From NCBI GenBank assembly GCA_020852275.1, contig JADZBE010000026.1:116316-180315 (forward strand): a DNA stretch of 64,000 nt, given 5' to 3'. This DNA is from Phycisphaerales bacterium. GTDB taxonomy: Bacteria; Planctomycetota; Phycisphaerae; UBA1845. Shown here piece by piece: positions 24,802 to 34,434 of this stretch. Within the stretch, counting starts at the first letter, position 1; every line of letters starts with the position of its first letter. Below the pieces are notes generated by a model. The model searched no databases and had not been told where the DNA came from. It worked only from the letters and a program-made list of their open reading frames with translations. The translations under genes and the position numbers were made by a program.

Positions 24802-25409
24802 ACCCGGAATGCTCACGGCGCATCGTGGTCGCCATCACCGGCGCCAGCGGCGCGGCCTACGCTCGGCGCGTGGTGGACCAGTTGCTCCGCGCCGGGGTCG
24901 AGGTCCACCTGGTCGTCTCCACGTTCGGCCGCCGACTCCTGCGCGATGAGCTGGGCATCAGCAATGTCAGCGCGGTGGATTTGCTCGGACGCGAAGACGA
25001 GCGGCTCGTGCTTCACGCGTACAAAGACGTCGGAAGTCTGCTGGGCAGCGGATCGTTCCGAACGGACGGCATGATCGTGTGCCCGTGCAGCACGCACACG
25101 TTCGCCGCCATCGCGGCCGGGCTGGGCGACAACCTTATCAACCGCGCGGCCGCGGTCACGCTCAAGGAACGGCGGCGGCTCATTCTGGTCGTGCGGGAGA
25201 TGCCGCTGACGCACATTGATCTGCTCAACGCGGTGCGTCTCAGCGACGCGGGCGCGATCGTCTGTCCGGCTTCACCCGGGTTTTACATGGTGCCGCGGAC
25301 GCTGGAAGACATCGTGGATTTCGTGGCGGGGAAGGTGCTGGATCTTGTGGGGGTCGCGCACGAGCTGAACGTGCGCTGGGAGAAGAGCGAGGCCCGCGGA
25401 ACATGGTGA
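24798..25409 (+). CDS. ubiX: Flavin prenyltransferase UbiX family (MqnL-like)
   Basis: Family motifs are RIVVAITGASGAAY, MIVCPCSTHTFAAIAAGLGDNLINRAAAVTLKERRRLILVVREMPL and CPASPGFY. Confidence 0.9.
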   Translation: MNPECSRRIVVAITGASGAAYARRVVDQLLRAGVEVHLVVSTFGRRLLRDELGISNVSAVDLLGREDERLVLHAYKDVGSLLGSGSFRTDGMIVCPCSTHTFAAIAAGLGDNLINRAAAVTLKERRRLILVVREMPLTHIDLLNAVRLSDAGAIVCPASPGFYMVPRTLEDIVDFVAGKVLDLVGVAHELNVRWEKSEARGTW

Positions 25410-25996
25410 ACGGGACTCCCAGTGACCAACCCGTTGCTGCGAGTTCGGCGGCGCCGGGGGCGGCTGCGCAGCGGCAACCAATTGCGCACCTGCAGCAGGT
25501 CGCGCAGCAGCGCCCGCTCGCCCATCGCGTGCTGCTCCTCGTCGGATCCCTGGGACCGCTGGGGTGGATGCCGGCGTCGGGTACGGTGACGGTCGGGTTG
25601 GTCGGCGTGCCGTTGTTCTGGTGGATGTCGGGAATGGGTCCGCTGGGCTGGTGCGCGATTCTGCTGCCGCTGGGTTTGGCGTCGGTGTGGATACATCAGG
25701 TTGGGGATCGGCTGCTGGGCGAAGAAGACAGCGGCACGCTCGTGTGGGATGAGGTCTTCGGGTATCTCGTCGCGGTGGCGGCGCTTCCTTGGACGTGGCA
25801 GATCGCCCTGACGGCTTTTCTGGTGGAGCGGACTTTGGACATCGCCAAGGTGCCTCCCGCCAATGTGATTGAGCGACGCTGTCCGGGGGGATGGGGCGTG
25901 GTCGGCGATGACCTGGTGGCGGGTCTTTACGCGCGGCTCCTGCTGATGGCGGGGATCGCTCTGGTTCCGGAATGGCTGGGGCTTGGCGGGGGATAA
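25403..25996 (+). CDS. pgpA: Phosphatidylglycerophosphatase A
   Basis: It overlaps the ubiX stop by 7 nt. PgpA family motifs are GSLGPLGWMPASGTVTVGL, DEVFGYLVAV, DIAKVPP and GWGVVGDDLVAGLYA. Confidence 0.8.
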   Translation: MVNGTPSDQPVAASSAAPGAAAQRQPIAHLQQVAQQRPLAHRVLLLVGSLGPLGWMPASGTVTVGLVGVPLFWWMSGMGPLGWCAILLPLGLASVWIHQVGDRLLGEEDSGTLVWDEVFGYLVAVAALPWTWQIALTAFLVERTLDIAKVPPANVIERRCPGGWGVVGDDLVAGLYARLLLMAGIALVPEWLGLGGG

Positions 25997-26397
25997 TGCC
26001 ATCCGAACCCCCACGGTTGTGGGGGGGCTTGCGGTGTTGCGCTTTCCAGCAGGCGCTGCTCACCCATGCTTGCCGCCCCGCTTCCCGTCGGGAGCAGAGC
26101 AGGCATGCCCGAATCCGGGTCCTTCCGATTGACGGGACATCTGATTACGGCCTACGATGTGCTCAGCCGACTGCCGGGTGGCGCTGCGCTCGCGGAGCGC
26201 GGACGGACGCGGTTTCGGCGGAAGGAAGTCGACCGCACGCGGATCGGATCCGCGCCAAGCTGGCTCGGGCACGATCGGCGTGGGCCATGCCGATGCCATT
26301 ATTGAATCCCGATACCGTATCGCGTAGGGATGGTAAGTTGTAAGTTGCTTCCTTGGCTTAAGTTACGCTCAAGCCAGGCGTTGAGGAGTTGGAACAC

Positions 26398-29300
26398 ATG
26401 AGGCTGCCGAAGTCTTCGACGATTTGCGTGACCTTGCTGTCCGCGTTCGGGGCGGTGTTCGCGGCGTACTTTGCCGGGTGCGGCGTCGCGCCGCAGCCGA
26501 ACGTCATTATCGGCCCGAACGTGGAGGGGAACAACCGCCCGACGCTGGAGATCACCAGCCCCACGCGCGACCTGTCCATCGGGCAGGGGCAGCCGCTGTT
26601 GATCCGCTGGGTGGACAGCGACACCGACAGCAACGCCACCATCAGCTTCCGGCTGGTTAATACCGCGAACAACTCCTCGGTGACCCTGGTCTCCAGCCTG
26701 GTCGAAAACGACGATCAGGGGCCTGACGAATTCGCGGCCTCGACGGCGCTGGTGCCTCAAGCTGAATACAACCTCCAAGGCGTGATCGACGACCGCCAGA
26801 ATCCGCCCGTGCTCGTGTACGCGCAGACCCCTCCGCCGAATCCGCAGCGCGTGAAGATCACGGTCGCCGGAGAAGGCGAAGCTCCGACCACGCGTCCGCC
26901 CCAGGTCAACGTCATCACCCCGACCTTCGATCTCAGCGTGGCCGAGCAGGATACGCTGGACATCATCGTGAACCCGACGGCGTTTCTGACGGGCGAGGCT
27001 TACGATGAGGACAGCGAGTGTACGCTGTACATCCTGCTGGACACGGATGAAAACCCGGACAACGACGATCCCGCCAATCCGGGCAGCAGCATCATCGTGC
27101 TGGACACGCGTCAGATTGCCACGGGCGTGACGGACGCGATCGGGCTGCCGGTGTCGGTTTCGCTGTCGGAGATTCCCCCTCGCGCCAATGGGGAGCCTTA
27201 CTTCATCCGCGCGACGATCACGGACCAGGACAATCCTCCGGTGCACGACTATGCCGACGGCACGATCAGCGTGGTCAAGCTCGCCTTCGGCGAGGTGGAC
27301 CTGTACAATGCCGGGCGAACGGTTTCCGGCTCCCGATTCTACGGCTTCACGCCCAGCGCCAAGCTGGGTTCGCGCGTGGCGAGCGTCTCGGATTTCGACG
27401 CGGACGGCGCGGACGACTTCATGATGATCGCCCAGTTCGGCAATCCACGCGGCGTCGGCCCCGTGGGCGAATCTTACCTCATCTACGGCGCGCCCAATCG
27501 TCGCTACGGCGGCACGTTCCCGGCCAACGGCACGGCCGAGGCGATCCAAGGGTGCATTTTCGAGGCCCCGCCCATCCGCGACTTCTGGCTGACCACGGAC
27601 GGCGCGACGAACGGCATCACGGATGCCGGCTTCATCCCTGACGTTTCCGGCGACGGGCGCCCGGAACTTCTGGTCGGCATGTCGCTGGCGCACGGCATCT
27701 GGCAGGGCATGGACTGGGATCCGGCGGATCAGCACGTCGCCGGCGTGCTTGAGGAGCAGGTGACCCTGCGCATTCGTCAGGGGCAAGTGGTCGAGGTCGT
27801 CGGCGGCGCGGAAACCGTCGTGGACACGACTTACAGCGGCGTTGACGATCTCATCATCAGCAACTGCCGCGGTTCCAACTGCACGCTGGGCGACGACGCC
27901 ACCAGCAATGGGCAGGGCGTGGAGCTGAACTGGAATCAAAGCACGACGACGGGAACCCAGTGGACGCTGCTGAAGTTCAAGGAGATCCTCCAGGTCCTCG
28001 CCGATCGTGGCGACCAGCCGGGCGAGCTGGATATTCCCGAAGTCCAGGCTTCGCTGACGGTGAACGTCTTCCGGTCCGGCGACAACGGCAGCCTCTACCA
28101 GGCGTACGCGTACTTCGACGAATCCACGACGCATTCCACGTTTGCCAAGGGCGGTGGAGATCCGGTTCTGGGCGTGGATTACGCCTCCTCAGACGACGGC
28201 GGCACGGACACCCCGATCGGCAGCATCGACGCCGGCGATATCGGGGAAGTCGCCATCGACGTGTCGGAGATGATTCAGGAATTGCTGCAAGGCACGCTGC
28301 AAGGCTCAGATGCCGGAGACACAACCAGCGATCCGCTCGTGGACATCGACGAGCTTCGCTTCCTGGTGGACGCCGTGGGCGAGCTTGACGCTTCTCCGTC
28401 GCCGGGCGCCATCCGATCCAGCGAATTCAGCACCAACCAGTCGCTGCGGCCGACCCTCGCCATCACATACACGCGGCGCATTGCGGCCGCCAGCGCCTGC
28501 TATCCCGACGACCTGGTCAACAACCGCACCAACGCCCCGCCGGGCGGGCCGGTCAACGACGACTCCTATGATGCGGGCGGCGTGGCCGTGATGATCAACA
28601 GCGAAAACCGCGACAACGACGGCAACATCGACCCCAACCGGTTGTGGAACACCGCCGTGACCTTGGAGCTGGCCGGGCAGGAGCCGGGCATCGTGCTCGA
28701 TCCCGGATTCACGCAGCGCGCCCAGGGACGAATCCCCGGTCGCATCGACGGCTGCCGCTTCCAGAACGGGTATTACGACTACATCGACCCGTTCATCCTG
28801 AATCAGCCGATTCGCCGCGACCTGTTCGGCAGCCATGTCGCGTCCATTCCCGACATGAATCTCGACCTTCAGCCGGAGATTATCATCTCATCGCCGCTGA
28901 ATGAGCGGTATTTGCAGGATCTCGAGGACGAGTTCGGCATTTTCAGTTCGACCCAGTGGTGGTCCACGCCCATCAAGGGCAGCATCGTCATCTTCCCCGG
29001 CGCCGACTACAGTCTCGTGACCGGCAACACCGGCGACTGGGCTGATGAAGCAAGCAACTCGCAGATTCCCATCCGTGAGTTCGGCGCCTGTCCGCCGCCG
29101 GGCGTGCGCCGAGGGCTTTTCATTCCTGTGGACACGTACGAGATCTTCGCCGAAGACCTCGATGACTTCCTCCAGGACGGTCAGTACGCCGGCGACATCA
29201 ACCTCGACAACGTGCCTGACATCCTCTGCGGGGCGCCGCTGAACAACCGCGGCGCGCTCATTGACAGTGGAGCCGTGTACATCATCGAGGGCAAGAACTT

Positions 29301-30285
29301 CATGGGCGAGGTCGATCTGGGCGACGCCGACGATCCGACGATTCGCCACCCGATGGTGCGCATCCGCGGCGCCAAGGCCAACGACCGCATCGGCACGTCG
29401 CAGGCGGCGGGTCTGGACGTCAACGGCGACCGGCTCGACGACGTGTTCTTCGCGTCGCCGTTTGCGGACTACGGTCTGGCGCGCACGCAGGACTGCGGGC
29501 AGGACTTCAACGGCGACGACCTCGTGGACGCCAATGACTTCGTCCTGACCGACTTCAACGATTGCGTGGACAGCGTCGGCGACGACGTGTTCACCGACGA
29601 CGCATGCAAGGCGTTCGATTACAACAACGACTCGGTCATCGACGACCTGGACCGCGAGGTCTTCGACTGCCTCGCCGACGGGGGCACGACCTGCTGCGAC
29701 ACCACGGTGGACAACGGCTACATCGGCGTCATCTTCGGCGGCGTCACGATCGACGGCGATTTCGAGTTGAGCCAGGTGGCGACCACGGACATGCCGGGCG
29801 TCATTTTCTACGGCGCGCACTCGCTGGATCGCGCCGGCACGGACGTCAGCTCCGCGGGTGACTTCAACCGCGACGGTTACGGCGACCTGCTCATCGTCAC
29901 GCCGGGTGAAACCAAGATGGACGCGAACAGCAGGCTGCGCAAGGGTCTGGTGTACCTCGTCTTCGGCGGTCCGCACCTGCAGAACCGCATCTTCTCGCTG
30001 GAAGACGTCGGCACGGACCGCCTGCCCGGCATCTACTTCCTCAGCCCGTACGTCGCCAAGCGCCCGAACGAAGCCGCACCCGAGACGGCCACTCTGCTGG
30101 GCGACATCAACGACGACGGGTACGACGACATCGCCATCGGCAATCCGCGGGCGGACTTCATTAACCTGAACTTCCCGCAGGGTCCGAACGCGTCGAACGA
30201 GGACGCTTCCGTGGGCCGCCGTCGCAACACCGGCGACGTGTATGTGATCTACGGCAACAACTTCGGCTCGAACCGGCTCCCGTAG
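26398..30285 (+). CDS. Large secreted/lipoprotein FG-GAP (integrin alpha-like) repeat protein with dockerin-like segment
   Basis: ATG 26398 lies 9 nt after GAGGAG. The signal with lipobox-like end is ...AAYFAGC. FG-GAP Ca-binding repeats include SDFDADGADDFMMIA, DVSGDGRPELLVG, GDINLDNVPDILCGAP and GLDVNGDRLDDVFFASP. Further copies are AGDFNRDGYGDLLIVTP and GDINDDGYDDIAIGNP. Confidence 0.85.
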   Translation: MRLPKSSTICVTLLSAFGAVFAAYFAGCGVAPQPNVIIGPNVEGNNRPTLEITSPTRDLSIGQGQPLLIRWVDSDTDSNATISFRLVNTANNSSVTLVSSLVENDDQGPDEFAASTALVPQAEYNLQGVIDDRQNPPVLVYAQTPPPNPQRVKITVAGEGEAPTTRPPQVNVITPTFDLSVAEQDTLDIIVNPTAFLTGEAYDEDSECTLYILLDTDENPDNDDPANPGSSIIVLDTRQIATGVTDAIGLPVSVSLSEIPPRANGEPYFIRATITDQDNPPVHDYADGTISVVKLAFGEVDLYNAGRTVSGSRFYGFTPSAKLGSRVASVSDFDADGADDFMMIAQFGNPRGVGPVGESYLIYGAPNRRYGGTFPANGTAEAIQGCIFEAPPIRDFWLTTDGATNGITDAGFIPDVSGDGRPELLVGMSLAHGIWQGMDWDPADQHVAGVLEEQVTLRIRQGQVVEVVGGAETVVDTTYSGVDDLIISNCRGSNCTLGDDATSNGQGVELNWNQSTTTGTQWTLLKFKEILQVLADRGDQPGELDIPEVQASLTVNVFRSGDNGSLYQAYAYFDESTTHSTFAKGGGDPVLGVDYASSDDGGTDTPIGSIDAGDIGEVAIDVSEMIQELLQGTLQGSDAGDTTSDPLVDIDELRFLVDAVGELDASPSPGAIRSSEFSTNQSLRPTLAITYTRRIAAASACYPDDLVNNRTNAPPGGPVNDDSYDAGGVAVMINSENRDNDGNIDPNRLWNTAVTLELAGQEPGIVLDPGFTQRAQGRIPGRIDGCRFQNGYYDYIDPFILNQPIRRDLFGSHVASIPDMNLDLQPEIIISSPLNERYLQDLEDEFGIFSSTQWWSTPIKGSIVIFPGADYSLVTGNTGDWADEASNSQIPIREFGACPPPGVRRGLFIPVDTYEIFAEDLDDFLQDGQYAGDINLDNVPDILCGAPLNNRGALIDSGAVYIIEGKNFMGEVDLGDADDPTIRHPMVRIRGAKANDRIGTSQAAGLDVNGDRLDDVFFASPFADYGLARTQDCGQDFNGDDLVDANDFVLTDFNDCVDSVGDDVFTDDACKAFDYNNDSVIDDLDREVFDCLADGGTTCCDTTVDNGYIGVIFGGVTIDGDFELSQVATTDMPGVIFYGAHSLDRAGTDVSSAGDFNRDGYGDLLIVTPGETKMDANSRLRKGLVYLVFGGPHLQNRIFSLEDVGTDRLPGIYFLSPYVAKRPNEAAPETATLLGDINDDGYDDIAIGNPRADFINLNFPQGPNASNEDASVGRRRNTGDVYVIYGNNFGSNRLP

Positions 30286-30312
30286 GCCGGCGATATCCAA
30301 GGCGTGACTGTG

Positions 30313-30353
30313 ACCGCCCGCGTGGACGCGATTCCACGCGGGCGGTGTTGTTG
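30313..30353 (+). terminator. Rho-independent terminator downstream of FG-GAP gene
   Basis: A 14-bp perfect stem ACCGCCCGCGTGGA/TCCACGCGGGCGGT with a 6-nt loop is followed by GTTGTTG. Confidence 0.65.
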
Positions 30354-30516
30354 ACGCTCTGTCGCACACATGCTGGCCGCTCCCTCGGTGGCGCTCCGGG
30401 TTCCGATGATGCGCCCTTGCTGGCGCTACGGGTTCAGAATTCGAAGCGCCCGCCAGGGGGAACGGGTGTGTACGGTCTTCTGGGCACCATCAGCCGCGGC
30501 CCAGTCGGCGCAAAGC

Positions 30517-30546
30517 TTGACGGGTCCGCGCGCACTCGGATAGGAT
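30517..30546 (+). promoter_or_regulatory. Candidate sigma-70 promoter upstream of tRNA-Arg
   Basis: TTGACG, an 18-nt spacer, then TAGGAT, about 93 nt upstream of the tRNA 5' end. The call rests on consensus resemblance only. Confidence 0.25.
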
Positions 30547-30638
30547 GGATGCACAAAGTCGTGACCCGGTTCGCGAAACAGGGTGGCTTGGCGAATCGGA
30601 TCGCGCCACTGAGCTTGGGCGCACATCGTGCGCCGTAA

Positions 30639-30712
30639 GCGCCGCTAGCTCAATTGGATAGAGCATTGGTCTACGGAACCAAAGGTTCCTGGTTCGAGTC
30701 CAGGGCGGCGTG
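30639..30712 (+). tRNA. tRNA-Arg (anticodon ACG)
   Basis: The cloverleaf was folded by hand:
- Acceptor GCGCCGC/GCGGCGT
- D-arm GCTC-AATTGGATA-GAGC
- Anticodon arm TTGGT-CTACGGA-ACCAA
- Variable loop AGGTT
- T-arm CCTGG-TTCGAGT-CCAGG
- Discriminator G
No CCA is encoded. Confidence 0.9.
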
Positions 30713-31036
30713 GTGGCGAAGGGATTCGGGCAGCCGGTCCAGCCATCGATTCCCCTCTCCAGTCCACACGCAACTCCTTTCCGCACAAGATGTTAATGGC
30801 GGCGCAGGGGTCGCGCCCACCTTCATCCGCGGCTCGCCTCACGACGCCGGTTCGGTGCATTCGGCCAGCCGCTTCGGCGCATTCAACCGGCGAGCCCGAA
30901 AGGCCGGCCGCCGCGTGCACTCCGGCTGGCGGAGAGATTCCTCCAGGTGCCGCTCACCCGCCGCTTAACCGCGTGTCTATGCTGTCGAAGCGACTCCAGT
31001 CGAAGACACCGGATCGGGTTCCACGGGAGAAAGATC

Positions 31037-31282
31037 ATGCGAAAAGGAACGTCCAGAATCGGCTCGGCCCTGCTCGCCGCCGCATCGGGGATCATGATGT
31101 TCAGCACCGGCTCCTGCGACGTGGGCCTCGACGGGCTGAACGTCTACGTTGCGGGCGATCCTTACTGCTGCGACGACGGCTACTTCGACTTCGGCGGCTC
31201 GTACTATTACGAGGAAGGGCCGTACTACGAAGAAGGGTTCTACTACGAAGAGGGTTACTACGACGAAGGCTTCTACCCGTAA
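31037..31282 (+). CDS. Small lipoprotein with Tyr/Glu/Gly-rich hexapeptide repeats
   Basis: The ORF is trimmed to ATG 31037. The signal plus lipobox reads MRKGTSRIGSALLAAASGIMMFSTGSC. The C-terminal half reads GSYYYEEGPYYEEGFYYEEGYYDEGFYP. Confidence 0.55.
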   Translation: MRKGTSRIGSALLAAASGIMMFSTGSCDVGLDGLNVYVAGDPYCCDDGYFDFGGSYYYEEGPYYEEGFYYEEGYYDEGFYP

Positions 31283-31377
31283 TGCCAAGTCGCCCAGGCC
31301 GGCGTGGGATCAGGGGCACAAGCGTGCTGATCCATGAGCCGCCCCGCTCGCGGGCCTGCGAGGGGTGCGCTGCCTCT

Positions 31378-32199
31378 TCAAGCGGACGCGGCCGACGGCC
31401 TGAAGTCCGCGAGCAGGCGGGCATGTGCCTTCGGCGCGCCGGCCAGGCATGGCAGATTCCGCTCCGCCTCGTCCTCCGGATGCCAGGGAAACAGCCGCTC
31501 ACCGCCCAGACCGCTGATCGTGCCTCCCGCCTCCTCAACCAGAACAGCCCCGGCCGCGATGTCCCACACCTTGCACTGATAGCCGTAGGCGGCGTTCAGC
31601 GCTCCGCACGCCACCAGCGCCAGATGGAATGCGGCCGAGCCGGTGTTGCGCAGAATCAGGTCGTCGCGCCGGAACCACTCGCCCACCGCGCGTTGCGTCA
31701 TCGCGTCCATGCTTGTGGGAATGCCGACCATGGCCTTGGGGAACGCCTTGGCGTCGTCGGTGTGCATGCGATTTCCGTTCAGGGTAGCGCCGCCTCCGCG
31801 CGACGCACTGAAGAGATATCCGGAAACGTGCTCAAAGACGACGCCAACGACGGGCAGGCCCTCTTCGAGCACGGCGATCGACGTGGCGAAGCACGGATAA
31901 CCGGCCGCGTAGTTGCGCGTCCCGTCGATCGGATCGATCACCCAGGCGACCCGCGGGAGCCTCCGCCCCAGTTTCGCCGCCGCGCCCTCCTCCTCGCCGA
32001 CCAGCGCATGATCCGGATACGCGGCGCGGATGCGGTCGAACAGGAGCCGCTGAACGGACAGGTCCACTTCGGTCACGACCGTGCGGTCCGCCTTGATGGA
32101 AACCGACGCGCCGGCGAGACCGGAGAGGATCGGCCCCCGACACTCCCGTGCGAGTTCCTCGGCAAACCTGCGCCACGACCGCTGCTCTTGCGATTCCAT
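31378..32199 (-). CDS. Inositol monophosphatase family protein (SuhB/CysQ/HisN-like)
   Basis: Family motifs are HALVGEEEG and WVIDPIDGTRNYAAGYPCFATSIAV, plus the C-terminal WDIAAGAVLVEEAGG. The ORF is trimmed to ATG 32199. Confidence 0.8.
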   Translation of the reverse strand: MESQEQRSWRRFAEELARECRGPILSGLAGASVSIKADRTVVTEVDLSVQRLLFDRIRAAYPDHALVGEEEGAAAKLGRRLPRVAWVIDPIDGTRNYAAGYPCFATSIAVLEEGLPVVGVVFEHVSGYLFSASRGGGATLNGNRMHTDDAKAFPKAMVGIPTSMDAMTQRAVGEWFRRDDLILRNTGSAAFHLALVACGALNAAYGYQCKVWDIAAGAVLVEEAGGTISGLGGERLFPWHPEDEAERNLPCLAGAPKAHARLLADFRPSAASA

Positions 32200-32427
32200 G
32201 CGCTCATCATCGAGCCTCGCGCTCGCATTGCAACATCCCACGAGGATGCGTTTCGCCGCACTCGCGGCGCCTTTCGTGATGTGCGAGGCGGAGATGATCC
32301 GCAGATTTCGCCGATGGCGCAGATGAATGCGGTCGGTGGCGTGCTTGCACCTCGCCGCGACATCTGGGCGATGCCCATGGCTCCCTTACTTGCCCATGGT
32401 GGAGCTCGCAACCGGAGGCGGTGCCCG

Positions 32428-32530
32428 CCACCCCAGGGCAGGCGGGGGTCCGGAGCGCCCCGGAAACCCGCTGGATTCGTGCCTCCGCGCAAGCAACCGG
32501 CTGGGTTCCCGCCTGCGCGGGAATGATGAC
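32428..32530. repeat. Composite ~100-bp hairpin element
   Basis: CCACCCCAGGGCAGGCGGGGGTCCGG ... CTGGGTTCCCGCCTGCGCGGGAATGATGAC, the same architecture as 9141 and 59421. Confidence 0.8.
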
Positions 32531-32614
32531 TCTCGCCTATCACCACGTGCTGCCAAGGCAAGGCATGGAGGTCGACCGGGATGGGCGCCCGAGGAGAGTG
32601 AGGTTCGAGGGTCG

Positions 32615-33433
32615 CTATCGTCCGCCGCGGCACATGGGCGCCAGCACTTCGAGGAGCTGGCGCGTGGCGTCGTCCGGCGGGCTGTAGAGGTCGCAGGCGA
32701 AGCGGCGAACGTGGCGCTCCGTCAGGCGGCTGACGCGATCCAGCAGGCAATCCAGCTTCTTGAGGCACAGCCCGGTGGCAGATGTTTCCTTGCCGACTCC
32801 CGTGTTGATGATGATGACGTCGCTTTCCGCCAGCCCGTGGAAAGGAGGTTGCAGGAGGATGCGCGTGATGATTTCCTCGCCCAGCGGCGTGTAGAGGAAA
32901 TTGCGCCACTGCGATGGCGTGAACTCCTCCCTCTCCACGCATTCGCCGTCGCCGGCGAACATGCCGCGGTCGATCAGACCGAAGACCTCGGAGGCGAACG
33001 CGGTGGTGTCCTTCAGCACGGCCTGCATCGCGCTGGCGGCGTCCTTGGCGGGGCGAAAGAGCTGGAACACGTCCGAGGGGAGGGGCATGACGAAAACGCG
33101 GTCGTCATACTGGTACGCACAGCGGACGATGGGGTCGGCGTCGGCCTCGATGACCACGGAGCCGTAGCGGTCCTGCTTGTGGATGGTCTCAAGGGTGGTC
33201 TGAATGAGCGGGAAGATGCGATCATCGTCGTAGTACACCCAGCGGGCGCTGGCCAGCCCGTGCTCCTCTGGGGACTGGGAGCATTTTTCCGCGGGCGGCT
33301 TCTTGTCGCCGTTACAGCGCGCGAGACGGACGTAGTGCGGCTTGTGCTGCCAGAGCAGGTCGATCATCGCGCGGATCACCGAGCCTTTGCCCGACTTCCG
33401 CGGTCCCGAGACCAGCATCACGCGCAGACCCAT
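32615..33433 (-). CDS. Hypothetical protein with deviant P-loop (distant MobB/CobW-like NTPase?)
   Basis: The N-terminus VMLVSGPRKSGKGSVIRAMI is Walker A-like, but Gly replaces Ser/Thr after the Lys. GSVVIEADADP resembles the hhhIE-x-G-ADP segment of G3E GTPases. High third-position G+C and diverse composition support coding on this strand. Confidence 0.6.
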   Translation of the reverse strand: MGLRVMLVSGPRKSGKGSVIRAMIDLLWQHKPHYVRLARCNGDKKPPAEKCSQSPEEHGLASARWVYYDDDRIFPLIQTTLETIHKQDRYGSVVIEADADPIVRCAYQYDDRVFVMPLPSDVFQLFRPAKDAASAMQAVLKDTTAFASEVFGLIDRGMFAGDGECVEREEFTPSQWRNFLYTPLGEEIITRILLQPPFHGLAESDVIIINTGVGKETSATGLCLKKLDCLLDRVSRLTERHVRRFACDLYSPPDDATRQLLEVLAPMCRGGR

Positions 33434-33632
33434 GGCGCCATCACCCCTTCACGTCCGATCGGAAAGACCGGACCCCCGCTGCTGATAATAAGCACCGAAA
33501 ACGCGCCGGACCAGCGGGGGGCGAATCTCCGCGCCGTTGGGCGGCTGGGGATGGCGATCGAGTGTATTCGCAACGGGGCTCTCGCGCGTTGCCTTCGCGC
33601 TGGCGAGGATCGATCGCGCCCCGCAAAGCCGT

Positions 33633-33657
33633 TGGATTCCCGCGTGCGCGGGAAGGA
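33633..33657. repeat. Solo half-element of the composite hairpin family
   Basis: TGGATTCCCGCGTGCGCGGGAAGGA matches the GGATTCCCGCCTGCGCGGGAATGAC module. Confidence 0.65.
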
Positions 33658-33789
33658 GATAGCGTCGCCCTTCACCGCGGCGGGTGGCGTGCTCTACGGG
33701 ACTCCGTTGACCATGCTCTTGCACCGCTCGCCTCTGCCAGGCGAGCGCGTCAGGCCGTGCCCCCCGGGTTCCCTTCAGCGAGCTTTCAT

Positions 33790-34323
33790 TCAGGGAAGAA
33801 AGGCTGCGAGGGCGGCCATCATCCAGATCAGGCCGCCGACGCCGAGCTTGACCATCATGCCCGCGAACCGGCCCGCCCCCGCGCCGGCGGCGGACTTCAG
33901 CGCCGGCGTCAGCGTGCGCCCCGAGGCGTACTCGAGCACGCAAGCTCCCGCGGCCGCGCCGCCGCACGCACCGAGGATCGACCCGACCACGGGAATGGGA
34001 ATGATCAGGGTGCCCGCCAATGCGCCGATGATGGTGCCGATCAGCGCGCCAAACGCTCCCCAGCGCGAGCCGCCCGCGCGCTTCGACCCGATCAGCCCGC
34101 CCGCCAGCTCCAGCCCCTCCGCCAGCAGCGCCAGCCCGCCCATCACACACAGCGTCATGACGGCGATCTCCTGCTGACCCGCCGCCCGCGAGCCGTCCCA
34201 GCGCCACCACGCATACGCCGCCGTCGTGGCCACGATCAGCCAGTTGCCCGGAAGCCCGAGCAGCACCGTCCCCAGCCAGAGGAGATTTACCGTGCACAGC
34301 AGTGCAGCGTAGAGGTACGTCAC
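33790..34323 (-). CDS. DUF456 family membrane protein
   Basis: Four hydrophobic helices are present. LLGLPGNWLIVATTAAYAWW and Gly-rich helices (IGALAGTLIIPIPVVGSILGACGGAAAGA) are typical of DUF456. Confidence 0.7.
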   Translation of the reverse strand: MTYLYAALLCTVNLLWLGTVLLGLPGNWLIVATTAAYAWWRWDGSRAAGQQEIAVMTLCVMGGLALLAEGLELAGGLIGSKRAGGSRWGAFGALIGTIIGALAGTLIIPIPVVGSILGACGGAAAGACVLEYASGRTLTPALKSAAGAGAGRFAGMMVKLGVGGLIWMMAALAAFLP

Positions 34324-34434
34324 AGACCAGGCCTCCAGTTCAAATTCATCAACCGCTTGAGCGCGGCGCGGTCCGTTTGAGTGGGGCGCACCGCGTCACG
34401 TCGGCCCCGGCTAATGCAGGCATTGCCGGCTGGG

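Noticed and set aside
26129-26158. A sigma-70-like promoter (TTGACG-18 nt-TACGAT) upstream of the FG-GAP gene.
   Set aside because: It lies about 240 nt from the start codon and rests on hexamer resemblance only in G+C-rich DNA. It was not reported as a feature.
30713-31377. A genomic island or prophage remnant integrated at tRNA-Arg.
   Set aside because: I found no integrase, no direct repeat of the tRNA 3' end and no clear compositional break. Only a small lipoprotein gene follows the tRNA.
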